A stretch of DNA of 63,970 bases, the filler included, from Octopus bimaculoides (taxonomy: Eukaryota), in NCBI RefSeq assembly GCF_001194135.2. It is 6 parts of 6 records of this genome, joined end to end, with 100 filler letters (N's around TTAATTAATTAA, not from the genome) between each part and the next. Parts side by side here need not be neighbours in the genome. Positions count along the whole stretch, not along the records: positions 46,557 to 56,484 come from NC_069000.1; positions 56,585 to 59,406 come from NC_068993.1; positions 59,507 to 61,736 come from NC_068982.1; positions 61,837 to 63,970 come from NC_069010.1; 2 more parts are not named here. The stretch is one strand, 5' to 3'. Every line of letters begins with the position of its first letter. Position 1 is the stretch's first letter. Under the pieces are notes generated by a model. The model made no database searches, had not been told where the DNA came from, and saw nothing but the letters and a program-made list of their open reading frames with translations. Below, one piece after another: positions 48,092-62,271 of this stretch. The position numbers and the translations under genes were made by a program.

Positions 48092-51077
48092 AATATATAT
48101 GTATTATATATGTAATAACTAAATTATGTATTATGCACTTCATTGTGTTTGTTATGCGAGTGATTCTCTGATCTGTGTATAAAATCGGTCTGTGATGCAA
48201 AATAAGTTTGGGAACCGCTCCTATATTAGACTATGATTGAATAAAAAGCGGTAAAGTCACGGCTAAAATACTTTCAATTATAGTGTAACGCAGTTTAGAA
48301 TTGAAATCGCGTTAGCTCAGTAACAAGAAATAGGGTACAACATATCAAGAGAAGTTAGCTCAATTGTCAGCCAGTGGTATTTCAGCAGCGATTATTTAAT
48401 CGTACAATTTCGAGTGGAAATTTCCATGACTTCCTGCCAACACATATCTCTAAATATAGACGTGTGAGAAGTCAATGCAGTGGTTTCAGCGGTGCCTGAG
48501 AGGATAGGATTCTTGATCGAAACTTGACCTCAGATTAAAAAGGATCATTTGTCAACGATGAACGCAAAATTTTCCACTTTTCGCCACATGAATATAGTAG
48601 CCAGTTCTTGGCCAAACACAGGATATGACTATCTACCGGTAGTCAGGGCTACATCCTCCAGCAAATAACTTTTGTAATCATTATAATGTTTATGTATAAA
48701 TAAATGGTCTCATCGAAAATGAACTTGGTTTTATATAGGGAAAACATGCAACAAAATCACCATAATGTCCAATTAATCATTCATCCAAGTGACAACTGGG
48801 CAACAGCAACGGACCCACGTATAAAATCAAACTGGACAGTAACATAAAAAGTAACAGATTTTGACTGACACATGACATGATAAATCACCGTATGTGGCAA
48901 TGCCCACAAGTGAGGGATGGGAGAATCAAAGACGGGACCATGGATATTTGATTGGCTTCCTTCTTTAAAAAAAAATCTTCACAGGTTCCTTGAATTTCAA
49001 GAAGACCCCCTCCCGCCACCAATGAGTCCAAAAGCAGTTATGTTCCACCCTACAAAATTGTTCTTGGAGTCTCTAAGTAGTAGAGTAGCGTAATTGAAGC
49101 AATGAATATCTGGGTTGCACATAACTATTTAACCAACCACCTGCACGTCTGCGAGACCAGAGTTAACCTGAGGCACAAACAATGACAACAAAGTTTCTAG
49201 ATAGTCGATTGACTTGCAAGAATAGTAGTCAAATCTCCCTATGCATCTTATCTGCTGCTTTAATGATATACACAAATTCATGGTTGCTAACTATACATAC
49301 ATAAATACATACAAACATACATACATACATACATACATATCAAACACACAGATATGTAAATTCATTATTTTAAGATAGGCGCTGTGAGAACTACAGCCGG
49401 AGGACCTTGGGCCCATGAATAATATAATTTCGTCATATTTCGATCAGGGCATAGGCCCATTTCTTCGGTACAGCACCCGGGGCCCTGAAAACCTAAAAGT
49501 GGTGTTGAGCACATATAAATACACATATGCACACACACACATTGGAGTCAAGATTGTGTAATATAATTTTCAAGATATGTAGTGGCGTTCCTGAAGGAGT
49601 CATACGCTGCAGATACTCGTTATATTAATCGAATATTATATTTTCAACGTTACACGGGTTGTTCCACTGTGTCCAATGTTTCCTTACAACAGTGCGTCTG
49701 CGCGCGTGCACGAAGGTTTTCAAGGTGAAACCGAATTTTGTATAATGAAGATGATTATTCGCATAGCCATGGCGTACTGGCTTTCTTTCCTTCGCCGGTA
49801 TAAGACCTTCATGGCGGTCAGTGTGATGTTGGATAGCTTCGTGTAGAGAGAACCCGCGTCATGTATACGAACATGAAGACGGAGAGTTACGGTGCATACA
49901 AGAATCTGATTTTGACCCTCATAATTTTGTTACTATTCTTTCATATTAGCTTGAGTTGGGTCACTGCAAACATTGCCTGAGTGGTCTGGTAAACATTTCT
50001 GATCTTGATCCTTTCTCATTAATAATTGACCCACAAGTTGTTGAACTGCTGCGCTAAAGATTATAAATATTCTTTTTAAACAGTCTTTAATTAAACTAAC
50101 CCTCATTTTAGCTAATGTTTTAGCAGATTTAATATAGTGAGCATCAAAAATCTAATTAGAAATAAATATATTTTTCCTCATTCGTCTATTCCAATGGTTG
50201 ATGACCATAAATGTGTCTGGGAACAGACAAGTCATTTTCTGTCTGCCCATCTGCTCTCAGCTTTCTCAGACGCCATGATATTTTCCCGAGATATCTTATG
50301 ACTCACTTATGATTGGATTTAACTGGATTAAAAATCTTCAAAATTTTAAGATCTTGAGAGTATTCTTTTACTTGTTTTTCTTCCGTCGTGACAGCATATT
50401 AACAGAGCCTAATTAACCAACTATTTTGTAATAACTACAGAATCATCTTTTTCATTTTGTATGCTTTGTTGTTGTATTATTAATTCAAAACCAACGTAGA
50501 AAATATTTTGTGAATAAAGTTACTATAAAGTTGTTCCGTAGTGTTGTGCATCATTTATACGCAGCCAGAACAGAATCCAGTTCAACCACCAGCATCTATC
50601 TTTCATTCTATGACCTACGTAATAATATGTATCATTCACACCCTCGTGACAAAGCCAATGTATAATTTACTGAGGAGTTTTAATAATACTGAAGCATGTC
50701 CAGTATTAATATTTCTCTACTTACCGAAAGGATTAACATAATATTAAGCATCTCTGAGCGATTAATCTACCGCAGTGGTTCGTTTTGTTACATATGCTAA
50801 TTTTTCGCACCTCTATTGATTCTCTATTTAGGTTCCTCATCATAATTTCGGCTAGTGGGGTTGAGTCTCTGCTTTTCAAGAGAGGTCTAATGAGACCAGA
50901 GCATTGTTTCCTCACCCCGTACCTGCTGAAACAAATACAATGATATTGATCTAATGTATTTGTAATTAGGTATTTGATGTTCACAATTACATTCAATTTA
51001 TTAACAACTTAACTACTGATTTTCATGTTGATGACGTCTCTGAGTAAATACACTGGTTTATTATTTTAGATATCTTT

Positions 51078-51410
51078 AATCTTTTATTTGTTTCACTCAT
51101 TGGACTGCGGCCATGCTGGGACACAGTCTTGAAGCATTTAGTCGAACAAATTGACCCCGGAACTATTTTTTAAGCCTGGTACTTATTCTATCAGTGTCTT
51201 TTGCCGAACCGCTAATTTACAGGAACGTAAACAAACCAATACCAGTTGTCAAGCGGTGGTGACACACACACACATAACGGTCTTCTTTCCATTTTTGTCA
51301 GTTACAAAGCTTTGGTTGGTTCGGGGCACGAGTCCGAAGTACCACGCAATAGAACTGAACCCGGCACCATTGTGATTGGAAAGCAAACTTCTTGCCACAC
51401 AGCCACGCCG
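51078..51410 (-). mobile_element. SINE family B
   Basis: ttttatttgtttcactcattggactgcggccatgctgg...actgaacccggcaccattgtgattggaaagcaaacttcttgccacacagcc. Confidence 0.82.
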
Positions 51411-52892
51411 TCTTCATTTTGCATGTTTCGTTTCTTTATTTTAAGTTATCTAATTTCTTGTTGTTGGGTTGTTGATGATAATTATATTATTATCTATCAT
51501 ACTTTTGTCAATCGATGTTGAGTCCTTCAGCTTCCTACTCAAAACCTGTATATTGATTTAACCTATTTATGTGTTAAAGAAATGCAAAATACCGCAGCCA
51601 CAATTATCGCAATCCCAATCGGCAGCACTATTCTCCCAAACACCACCACCAATATTATTTGCCGCCATCACTACAACTATCATTACCATTCTCTTAACCA
51701 CTTGACCAATATCATTATCCCCCTTACACCATCACCACTATCACCACCACCATAATCAGCACTACATCTACATAACATAATATTTTCCCATTACTTTAAT
51801 CTCCAGGTTTCTCTAAGTGCTTACGCCCGCTATATTTTATTTATTTATCTTAATATATAAAGCTGAAGTTGTGTGTCTGTGTGAAACCTTTTTAAAAGTT
51901 TATAGAAATCCACATTTTCCACTTTTTGTAAAAAATTTTACATCAATGGAATTTTCTCGATGTGAACTTTCCAGTGCAGTAATTAGATTTTTAAAATTCC
52001 GTTTACTTTGTGTGATTTAAGGGAGATTTGGCTGTTGTTTCTAGCAACTTTTATATTTCTTCCCTTCTACCTGGGACAGCGTTCTTACACACGCGCTCAA
52101 CAGAGAGAGAAAGTGATACATACAACGTCATAGATTAAACTTTCTTCTCAGTATTCTTTACCTATTTTTCATAACATTAATACGTAAAAACACACAACCA
52201 CACANNNNNNNNNNNNNNNNNNNNNNNNNNNNNNNNNNNNNNNNNNNNNNNNNNNNNNNNNNNNNNNNNNNNNNNNNNNNNNNNNNNNNNNNNNNNNNNN
52301 NNNNNNNNNNNNNNNNNNNNNNNNNNNNNNNNNNNNNNNNNNNNNNNNNNNNNNNNNNNNNNNNNNNNNNNNNNNNNNNNNNNNNNNNNNNNNNNNNNNN
52401 NNNNNNNNNNNNNNNNNNNNNNNNNNNNNNNNNNNNNNNNNNNNNNNNNNNNNNNNNNNNNNNNNNNNNNNNNNNNNNNNNNNNNNNNNNNNNNNNNNNN
52501 NNNNNNNNNNNNNNNNNNNNNNNNNNNNNNNNNNNNNNNNNNNNNNNNNNNNNNNNNNNNNNNNNNNNNNNNNNNNNNNNNNNNNNNNNNNNNNNNNNNN
52601 NNNNNNNNNNNNNNNNNNNNNNNNNNNNNNNNNNNNNNNNNNNNNNNNNNNNNNNNNNNNNNNNNNNNNNNNNNNNNNNNNNNNNNNNNNNNNNNNNNNN
52701 NNNNNNNNNNNNNNNNNNNNNNNNNNNNNNNNNNNNNNNNNNNNNNNNNNNNNNNNNNNNNNNNNNNNNNNNNNNNNNNNNNNNNNNNNNNNNNNNNNNN
52801 NNNNNNNNNNNNNNNNNNNNNNNNNNNNNNNNNNNNNNAGTAAAATATAACTCATATTCGTCAATATTTTGTAAATATACCACGATTTTCAC

Positions 52893-52921
52893 TAGGGTGT
52901 TAGGGTTAGGGTTTTAGGGTC

Positions 52922-52954
<33 letters not shown>

Positions 52955-53206
52955 GGTTAATTGTTTCAGAATCGTTTGTTTATGTAGTCGGCACTTAATG
53001 TATATCGGCTGAATGGACGTCAGTGATTGGTTGAAATTACAGAAATACGACAACTTTAACATGGAATAATTTATGGATTTCTTTTTTTTTTAAGAAGACT
53101 AAGAGAAAAAGATGTTTTATATGACACATTCTACCAGTGTTCCAAGTTTCAAAGTGTTTCGTTAATGAAAAACGTGGCCCCTGTTTTAAAAAAGATCCCA
53201 TAATTT
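52893..53206. mobile_element. Partial copy of the 24546-25040 MITE family with TTAGGG array
   Basis: (TTAGGG)-like array at 52893-52960, then the reverse complement of the 24600-24770 core, then an aaaagatccca TIR remnant. Confidence 0.75.
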
Positions 53207-54099
53207 CCCTCTGTTAGACCAGTTTGGTCACGTAATGAATGGAGAAAATTACCTGTCTCGCGCATCACTCCAGCATGCTACACTGTCGTCCTTGCTAATC
53301 TCAGTAATTACCTACAACAGCGCCAGACACATTTCACTTCTGAAAAACCTTCAAGGCATTTCACACGCTGCAATCCTGCAGGTTGATCTTCGATATCATG
53401 GATTGAAAATACATTCACTCGCTCACCTGAGCTTAATTTACAGTGAATTTTGATACGTGCACCTGCACTCGTGTATACGTCCTCACGCGCACGCAAGCGC
53501 TAACCCATTTCCGTATTGCCCTGTCACTGACTGTACATTTTGGCATGCAAAGCGACACCGTTATTCGAACTAATCCGAATAGAAAATTGTCCCGTATACA
53601 CTTCAATGATCCACTCTCCTGATATTCAAAATCTTCCCTCGGCCATGCATATCTTTCTTTTCCTCGATCGTTCATTTCCTTTTCCTGGAACCTCTCTGAA
53701 GGGGGAATGATGTAGTGGCTCCATGCAGGCATAGCGTGGATTCTATCCTCGATCGCCAAATTTCACTGAACAGTTCAACAGTACTTTTCTCACGATAAAA
53801 CAATAGTTTTTCTGTGAGTGACAGCAGTTACATTTGCCAGATGCCTTCACTAAACATAATTATGTCTTTGCCACTTGACCCTTCTAACCTCTTCTATTTC
53901 ACCAAAAGTTACAAAAAGACACCACCAACAAAAGCTTTTGTTCTTAACAATATGTCTATCCCTCTGGTTAGTTTTGGATAGTTATAAAAACAAGAACTCC
54001 GTAAGCCAAAGTCAGTTAGTGAGAGCGACCATCAGTGAGTTAGTGAACGGACAACTAGAGTCATAGTCACAAGCAGGCAGCCACTAAAGACAAACGGCC

Positions 54100-55215
54100 A
54101 GAGGGAGAAAGAAGGTTACAACCAGCCGAAGGGAGTACAACCGCTTGTGAGGCGCTCTGTTTGCTGCCAAAACCCCGCTAAAGGGTGGGCTAGGGATGCC
54201 GTGGCTGATCATGCGCAGATATGCGCTGAAGCTGAGGCGCCTCTCACTCTACCTGGACGGTGACCAGGTATGGAATTCGCTGACAGAGACGTTCTTTCCG
54301 TGATTGGCCTCCTTGGAAGAATTTAAACCCTGTTCCGTGAAAAGACACAATTTGACCGAGTGGCAAAAAGAGTGCCGAGAGGCACTCGTGCTAATCCACA
54401 AGGCCAGCAGCAGGAATACCACCTCGGTACTCTATAGCGGGCTGGTAGAGTCCAAGAGGGATGACGTCCTGGGACTCAATGAGGACCAGATAGCCAACCT
54501 GTTGAAAAGAACTTTCGGGTCGGTGTTATCTGGATAACTACCAGAAATCACTGACTTGGCAGTCCTATAGGAACGCTTTAACTGTTGGTGATAAACTGCC
54601 TAGACACGGCATGTCCGTACCACCGGCTTGCCCAAGATGCGGACGGGACGAAGAAACCGTCCCACACGCCCTTGTTCATTGTCCGGAGATTTCAGGCCTG
54701 ATAGTTTACGCAGAACACGTGTTGTCGCATTTAGGAAGCGTACAGCTATCAGCTGAGTTTATGATTAAGATTGTACCGCCACCAAGACTGTCAAAGAAAG
54801 GGGAGGCCAGTTTGTTATGCACAGTTGTCTTTCTGAAAGAGTGCATATGGAAAACGAGAGTGAAAGGAGTCACGACGAAAACCTTTATCTCCGAGCCTGG
54901 TTTGCTCTACTATTTCAGATATCATCTGAAGAGCAAGATAGGGCTGGAGAGAGGACGCCTGTCGCGAAGTCTATATGAGAAAAGATGGAAAGATGTGGTG
55001 AGGAAGTTGGGTGTGAGAGATCCTACTTAAATACATAGTAAATCTGTATGGTGTATCCGGAGGACTCCCCGACCAAAATGTTAAAAATTTTTTTATTAAA
55101 ATTGTAAATACATTCATTGTAAATACATCATTTGCTTATTGCAAACGAACTCACAATGCTTTATAATGTCCAGTGCTGTCCCCCTCTATGTTCGATCTAC
55201 GTGATCATAATAAAG
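54100..55215 (+). mobile_element. L1/Tx1-clade LINE 3' end
   Basis: zf-RVT-type CPRCGRDEETVPHALVHC, KECIWKTR, followed by an AT-rich 3' UTR with AATAAA. Confidence 0.82.
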
Positions 55216-55456
55216 AATCAATCCCAAGCTGGTGATTGTCACACACTGATGACGGGTTACTACTCAGAAACCCGGGTCCGTATGTATCACGTAAGGCTAG
55301 AGACGGGAACAATGATTTCCCTTCGCAAATACTGATCGGGCACAAACAGTGTGTCGTTAGCCAGCTGGAGGAGATGTCTTCTTGAGACTATAAACTACAG
55401 CAGCATTGTCCCATATGGGTCAGCCACGTTTAGGTGGCAAACATACTTCACGATAT

Positions 55457-55709
55457 ATATAGGAAAGTTGGTTATACATCATTAGATGTATACCTGACTT
55501 TCCTATATAAAATTAGAAATACAACGGAACGCTGAACTCCAGACTATCAACTTAAACAACATTTATTCAGGTGGTAAATATATACATCTTTAGCTCTTGT
55601 TGTTACAGCTTCTGTGTGTGTGAGCATAGTTGTTGGGACATTGTTATGTAGTTGTGAGCGAGCTGTTGAGCGTAAGTCCGAAAGATGTAGAGAGACAGCT
55701 ATACACGTA
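55457..55709 (-). mobile_element. Second copy (3' half) of the 46585 LTR-like repeat
   Basis: gaactccagactatcaactt..acaacatttattcaggtggtaaat...cgtaagtccgaaagatgtagagagacagct; includes the hairpin; cut by an N gap. Confidence 0.75.
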
Positions 55710-55900
55710 NNNNNNNNNNNNNNNNNNNNNNNNNNNNNNNNNNNNNNNNNNNNNNNNNNNNNNNNNNNNNNNNNNNNNNNNNNNNNNNNNNNNNNNNNNN
55801 NNNNNNNNNNNNNNNNNNNNNNNNNNNNNNNNNNNNNNNNNNNNNNNNNNNNNNNNNNNNNNNNNNNNNNNNNNNNNNNNNNNNNNNNNNNNNNNNNNNN

Positions 55901-56484
55901 TGAGAAAAAACACAGAATATAGTAAGTGTCTGTAGAGAAAAAATCCAGTTCGTACAAGAGTCCCACAAGGAGATAGAATGTCCGTACTCAGGAAGTCGTG
56001 GTCAGTTGTGACCGGTTACCTGGTACGGAATATTCTATGAAAGTTACACAAGGAAAATTTGGTCTGTTGATCGTGAGTGGAAACATCCACTCTAACAGAG
56101 TCGACAAAACTGAGTGTGTTGATATGGTGTGTCCCTGGTGGTGGGGTTGTTAGCGCACGACATTGTGGTAGACAGTACATTGATGGTGAAGACGTCGGCG
56201 CAGGAACTGTAATATAGTTGTGTTCTGTATGTGTGGTGGTAATGATCTGTTGACAGTGGTAATGATCTGTTGAAACTTGGCGACGTCGGGGGGAATGCTT
56301 GTAGTTGGTAGTAGTAATTGTTGTCGTCACGGTGGTAATCTTGGTTGAACGAAGCTGGTGGCGAAAAGGCTGTTTGATGATGAGTGTTTGAAGAGGTGCG
56401 CTTTTACAGACAGTTGACAGACAAATCTCTGTACGAACCATTAGCGAAAACCTCGAAGAAAAATTTCTTAACCCAAGATGAAAA
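55901..56484 (-). mobile_element. LTR fragment related to the 43575 solo LTR
   Basis: Reverse complement shares tactgtctac(c/t)aca...caccaccag.g.acacacca and tacagac.ct.a.t..at.ttctgt.tt.ctca with the solo LTR. Confidence 0.55.
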
Positions 56485-56584
56485 NNNNNNNNNNNNNNNN
56501 NNNNNNNNNNNNNNNNNNNNNNNNNNNNTTAATTAATTAANNNNNNNNNNNNNNNNNNNNNNNNNNNNNNNNNNNNNNNNNNNN
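56485..56584. other. Artificial 100-bp scaffold-join spacer
   Basis: 44 N + TTAATTAATTAA + 44 N. Confidence 0.95.
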
Positions 56585-56870
56585 ACATATATATTTGTGT
56601 ATATATATATACATATATATTTGTGTATATATATATATATATATTTGTGTATATATATATATACATATATATTTGTGTATATACATATATATTTGTGTAT
56701 ATACATATATATTTGTGTATATATATATACATATATATTTGTGTATATATATATATATACATATATATTTGTGTATATATATATATATATACACATATAT
56801 ATTTGTGTATATATATATATATATATACATACATATGTCTGTATATATATGTATATTTATGTATATGCAT
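56585..56870. repeat. Compound (TA)-based minisatellite
   Basis: About nine variable-length units acatatatatttgtgtatata(ta)n. Confidence 0.9.
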
Positions 56871-57022
56871 ATATGTATATAACACACTCACTGGTAAAAT
56901 TTCCACTTATTTTAGGAAAATTTCAGGAAAATAAAAATAAGGAATAAGTGACAATTTCATCGGTGAGTGTATTAAATTAAATGGCACAAGAAGAAAATGC
57001 CTCTCCCCTGACGCAACCAACA

Positions 57023-57112
<90 letters not shown>

Positions 57113-58559
57113 TTCTATCCTTATATTATATCAGAACATTTTTACAACAAAATTAATTTTTCGTTTATCAGGAAGAATCGGTTAAACATTATCTTTCCTA
57201 ATTGTAATAATATGTAATAATATGGCATGTAATAATATGTAATAATATTATTACATATATGCCATGTAATAATATGGCATACAAACACATACATAAAAGT
57301 GTGTTTGCGTGTGTGTATAAATATATATTTATATGTATATATATATTCCAAAAAAATCATCATCTATTCCGCTTCCCGCCTTGAAATTGCGAAATTCGAT
57401 ACAGTGTTTTGTTTTTCAATTTTTTAAAGATGTGTTGAAGAATTGTTGTGTTTTAATTAAAGGATTTAAACAGACATTTGATACAAACTACGAAAAATAT
57501 CTTCTTGCGCTTATTTAGAACAAGATGAACAAGAACAAAATAAAGAAGATAGCAAATCGAAGATATTAAAAGTTGTTACCTTGTTTCTGGAAAACGAAAT
57601 ATATAAATAAAAACTACAAAACAAATCTGCGATGTAAAACACCTCTAAAAGTTGTTTTGGGGGCAACAGTAGGAGTGAACCCAACAAAAGAATATCGTTT
57701 TTTTTTTTTTTAATTTGAAATTTTAAAAAAAATATAAAATCGGAAGACTGAAATTATTTGTAACTTTGGTAATTAAAAAAACAGAATTAATTGAGGCAAG
57801 CCTAAATCCCTGAAAATGTGAAGTTTTTAAAAGAAATGGAAATAATATAAAAGATTGTGAAAAAAATAAATATAATTAAAAACAACAAAAAACTATTCTG
57901 GTTCGGTGTTACTCTTTTTGTTGTATATTAATGTTTTATTCCCATCTACAGATTTCTTAGTTAAGTAGAGAATTTAAGTTTGCAGGCATGTTCACACGCG
58001 CGCACACGCACGCACGCACGCACACACACACACGAGCACATGTGCACACATATGAGGGCGCACATTGACTCGGACACGTTGCACACGTATACAAAACGTG
58101 CACATACACATTATTGCTCACTCACCAATGCTAATCCCAATGACACACGCACACACAGAGTATTCACATATATCATAAGTGTGTGTGTGTATGTACTTAT
58201 GTATATATGTGAAAATGGTTATATATACGTGTGCTTGGAGATGGGGTGTATGAATGTATTGTTTTATTTATTTTCATACCATTGAGTGTGAGCCATTTTA
58301 TCTCATTTGACTCTCTGAAGATATATTCAGAGTAGATATTAAATAGGCACGGTGCTAACACGCGTCCCTGTCTGAGACCTCTGTTGATCTCTGCTCGTTC
58401 TCACAATTCTTGATCTGCTTTGATGGCTACCTTTTTGCTCAAATATAACGCACAGATGATATTCTAATGTTTTTTCATTCTAAGCCGGCTTTCCTAAACA
58501 GGTGATGAGCTCTCTGTGGTGTACACAGTCAAATGCCTCGACAAGGAAATAGATCTTTT

Positions 58560-59335
58560 TTTTCACTTGCCTTTGTTTTTGTGCTAGAACACTGAAACAT
58601 AATATGACCTTCCTTGTAACTCTACTGGCGCTAAATCCAAATTGTCCCTCATTGACTTCAGCAATGAGAAATTATAAGAAAATGTGGATTTTGCAACAGA
58701 GTAAGGCAACCAGAAAAGAACAAATATGAATGCCAAAAAATTACAAATATAGAACAAAAAAGCAAATGTAAAAATGGACAGAAGCTTGAGCAAGTAAGAA
58801 ACCTTCAAGTATTTGGGACAAACAATAAATCTGGAAGTTCTTTGAAAAGAACAAATTACTCGAAGATTAAGGCAAGGCAACATTTATTAGAACGGTAAAG
58901 ATTTTCATTTCAGCATCTAAAATCGAGGTATTAAACTGTTCTCTAGGAGGCAAGAAGTTGGGCAATGTACATAGCTATTGAGAAAAGAGTAGAAGCATCT
59001 GTACTGTAGATCAATCGCAATTTTGGCACGATAAGCTGGAAGGACATAGTAACAAATGTTGCAATACTAAAAACGCTGAAAGTTCAGTTATCAATTGTCG
59101 AGAATAAAGTTCGCAAAGTTATCTTATTTTGAACACAGAATTCGCTACTAGTCACAACCCACGGTCATCCTGATAGAAAGTATTGGGGAGAAGACTGCAA
59201 AAGGCCATAAAAGACGTTTGTGGACTGTCGACATCAAAAGATGGGCTGGAAACAAGAACCTGGCTGACTGTATGCATGCAGCATAGCAGAGGAGTCTTGG
59301 CAAGCGGACTACTGAACACAAGAAGCGCACCTAGT
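58560..59335 (+). mobile_element. RTE-like LINE 3' half, very decayed
   Basis: NGQKLEQV..FKYLGQTI and KGHKRRLWTVDIKRWAG...LADCMHAA, resembling RTE C-terminal motifs. Confidence 0.6.
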
Positions 59336-59370
59336 TGATGGCTGACATATATATGAGTGTGCGCGCGCGC

Positions 59371-59406
<36 letters not shown>

Positions 59407-59506
59407 NNNNNNNNNNNNNNNNNNNNNNNNNNNNNNNNNNNNNNNNNNNNTTAATTAATTAANNNNNNNNNNNNNNNNNNNNNNNNNNNNNNNNNNNNNN
59501 NNNNNN
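59407..59506. other. Artificial 100-bp scaffold-join spacer
   Basis: 44 N + TTAATTAATTAA + 44 N. Confidence 0.95.
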
Positions 59507-59518
59507 TCTCTCTCTCCC

Positions 59519-59549
<31 letters not shown>

Positions 59550-59849
59550 CGTTGTTTCTGTCTCTGTTGCAGTCTTCCGTCGGTCGCTCAATTCCATCGT
59601 CCTTCTTCAATCACACCTCCTCCTTACCTACCCAACTAGCCATATGCATACATACGTACGTACCTACACACACGCACACACACACACACACACACACATA
59701 CATACACATGTGTCTATACATACGTACGTACATACATACACAGGTACTTACACATTTATATATGCATACACTCACATATATACATATATCCATATATAAA
59801 AACGCACGTACATTACAGACTTTACATACCATACATAATACATACAGCC

Positions 59850-59885
<36 letters not shown>

Positions 59886-59934
59886 TACATACATATCATA
59901 CATACATACATGTACACATACCATACACACATAC

Positions 59935-60000
<66 letters not shown>

Positions 60001-60172
60001 TGTATGTATGTATGTATATACCTTCTATATTCCGTCTTTGATCACCGTCGTACTTCATTCCTTGTGTCTATACACTCGCTCATCCTTTCTGTCTTGTATT
60101 CTATCTATTCTTTGTAAGTCCATCCTACTGCTCGACGTCTATCTCCTCCCGTTCCTCGTTTGACACACACAC

Positions 60173-60232
<60 letters not shown>

Positions 60233-61705
60233 NNNNNNNNNNNNNNNNNNNNNNNNNNNNNNNNNNNNNNNNNNNNNNNNNNNNNNNNNNNNNNNNNNNN
60301 NNNNNNNNNNNNNNNNNNNNNNNNNNNNNNNNNNNNNNNNNNNNNNNNNNNNNNNNNNNNNNNNNNNNNNNNNNNNNNNNNNNNNNNNNNNNNNNNNNNN
60401 NNNNNNNNNNNNNNNNNNNNNNNNNNNNNNNNNNNNNNNNNNNNNNNNNNNNNNNNNNNNNNNNNNNNNNNNNNNNNNNNNNNNNNNNNNNNNNNNNNNN
60501 NNNNNNNNNNNNNNNNNNNNNNNNNNNNNNNNNNNNNNNNNNNNNNNNNNNNNNNNNNNNNNNNNNNNNNNNNNNNNNNNNNNNNNNNNNNNNNNNNNNN
60601 NNNNNNNNNNNNNNNNNNNNNNNNNNNNNNNNNNNNNNNNNNNNNNNNNNNNNNNNNNNNNNNNNNTGCCCCCACATCTCCACTTCTCCGTCACCACGAA
60701 GGAAGCAAAAGAACTTTCGCTAAATTAAACCTTAAAATAGCAGTCGTTTAGCTGTTGTGTAACGAATAATAGCGATGCATGTACTCTGCTGCGGTTGTGT
60801 GTTTGATGTCTTCCCGAACGAAGCAGGTTCGATCAAAGCATATAAGGACGTGTGATGGGGGAAATGCAATCTCATTGCATTAAGCTTACAATCATAGCGG
60901 GGGGTAGGGGAGAGGTGCAGTGAGGAGAATGTTGATCGCCTGCCAGCTTGAGTTGTCTGAAGATTTTATATTGAAAGTTGTATACATTGATTTATTGACA
61001 GATGTATTGATTTCTTACTCAGGCATAATTTCACAGTATTTATAATGAAAGTGGGAGGATGAAATGGGTCTCGGGTCTTCAGACGGTCATGCTTTTGCCA
61101 AATACGTGAAGTTTTATGAGCTTTAACCGGTCCAAAACTTACCTCTTGGTGGCATAAAAGACGCACTGGCATGTTAAGCGTATCTCAATTTCAGCGGCGC
61201 ATATTCACAAAAATATGTTTTAGTGCATTAAACATTATGGAAGACCTAACTTCACATACAGGACACAGGTTGGTGTTTTGAGACACTTTGGGGAGGGGAA
61301 TGCATCTTATATGCTAAGAAATATGGTATATGTTGGGCAAGTTAATGGAATTAATAAAAGATCGCACGTTGAATATCAACAGTGCATTTCAGCACTGTTT
61401 AAAGAAGTTTATGCGTTATGCCTACAGACGTTAATGATCTCGGAACCTCTATACTCTTTTGTTTTATACACATCGTGGTACGTTATTGAATAAGTCTTAC
61501 TGAAATCGGCTAGTAAAGCCATTGCATATCTTATCCCTGTCTTCGCTGGTTTCATCTTTTCAGTTTCTGGTTCTCTCTAAGCACTCAAGACATTTTCTCT
61601 TCCCTCATATGACATCCAGTGAACTGAGCCTTTTGCTTCTTTATGTTGCCGAGAAGGTTTCCGAGGGTTAAAGGTTATATTGAAGACTTAAATTGATAAT
61701 TTTGT

Positions 61706-61736
<31 letters not shown>

Positions 61737-61836
61737 NNNNNNNNNNNNNNNNNNNNNNNNNNNNNNNNNNNNNNNNNNNNTTAATTAATTAANNNNNNNN
61801 NNNNNNNNNNNNNNNNNNNNNNNNNNNNNNNNNNNN
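61737..61836. other. Artificial 100-bp scaffold-join spacer
   Basis: 44 N + TTAATTAATTAA + 44 N. Confidence 0.95.
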
Positions 61837-61877
<41 letters not shown>

Positions 61878-62231
61878 TAAATATAGATACACACACGTGT
61901 GTATGTATATATATACACATACACACAGACACATATACGTATGTTTATATATCATAGATATATATTACATACATATATATATATATATGAATGTGCACCC
62001 TTTGAATTAAAAAATGATAATTACTAGAGATTGCATCTAGGTGACTTATAATAAATTTCTTAAGTGATTAAATACTCCATTGATACTTCAACCTATCATA
62101 ATATAAAATATAATGTTTATAGTCTCTCATTTAGTAATTACATTGAAATATCGTTTAAGCTAACTAATGGCTGCTTTTTGCTTTTCAACACATTACATAC
62201 ATGCACAGAAATGCATTAAACAAATTTGTAT

Positions 62232-62271
<40 letters not shown>

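Noticed and set aside
49715-49905. About 65 open codons on the minus strand (VTLRLHVRIHDAGSLYTKL...)
   Set aside because: No start or credible splice sites and no recognisable family.
52893-52960. True telomere or chromosome fusion site (also 24871 and 45563)
   Set aside because: Arrays are short, degenerate and sit inside TIR-bounded repeats.
53230-53850. Possible Tx1 ORF1 or host exon on the minus strand
   Set aside because: Only vague resemblance across frameshifts; cannot be supported.
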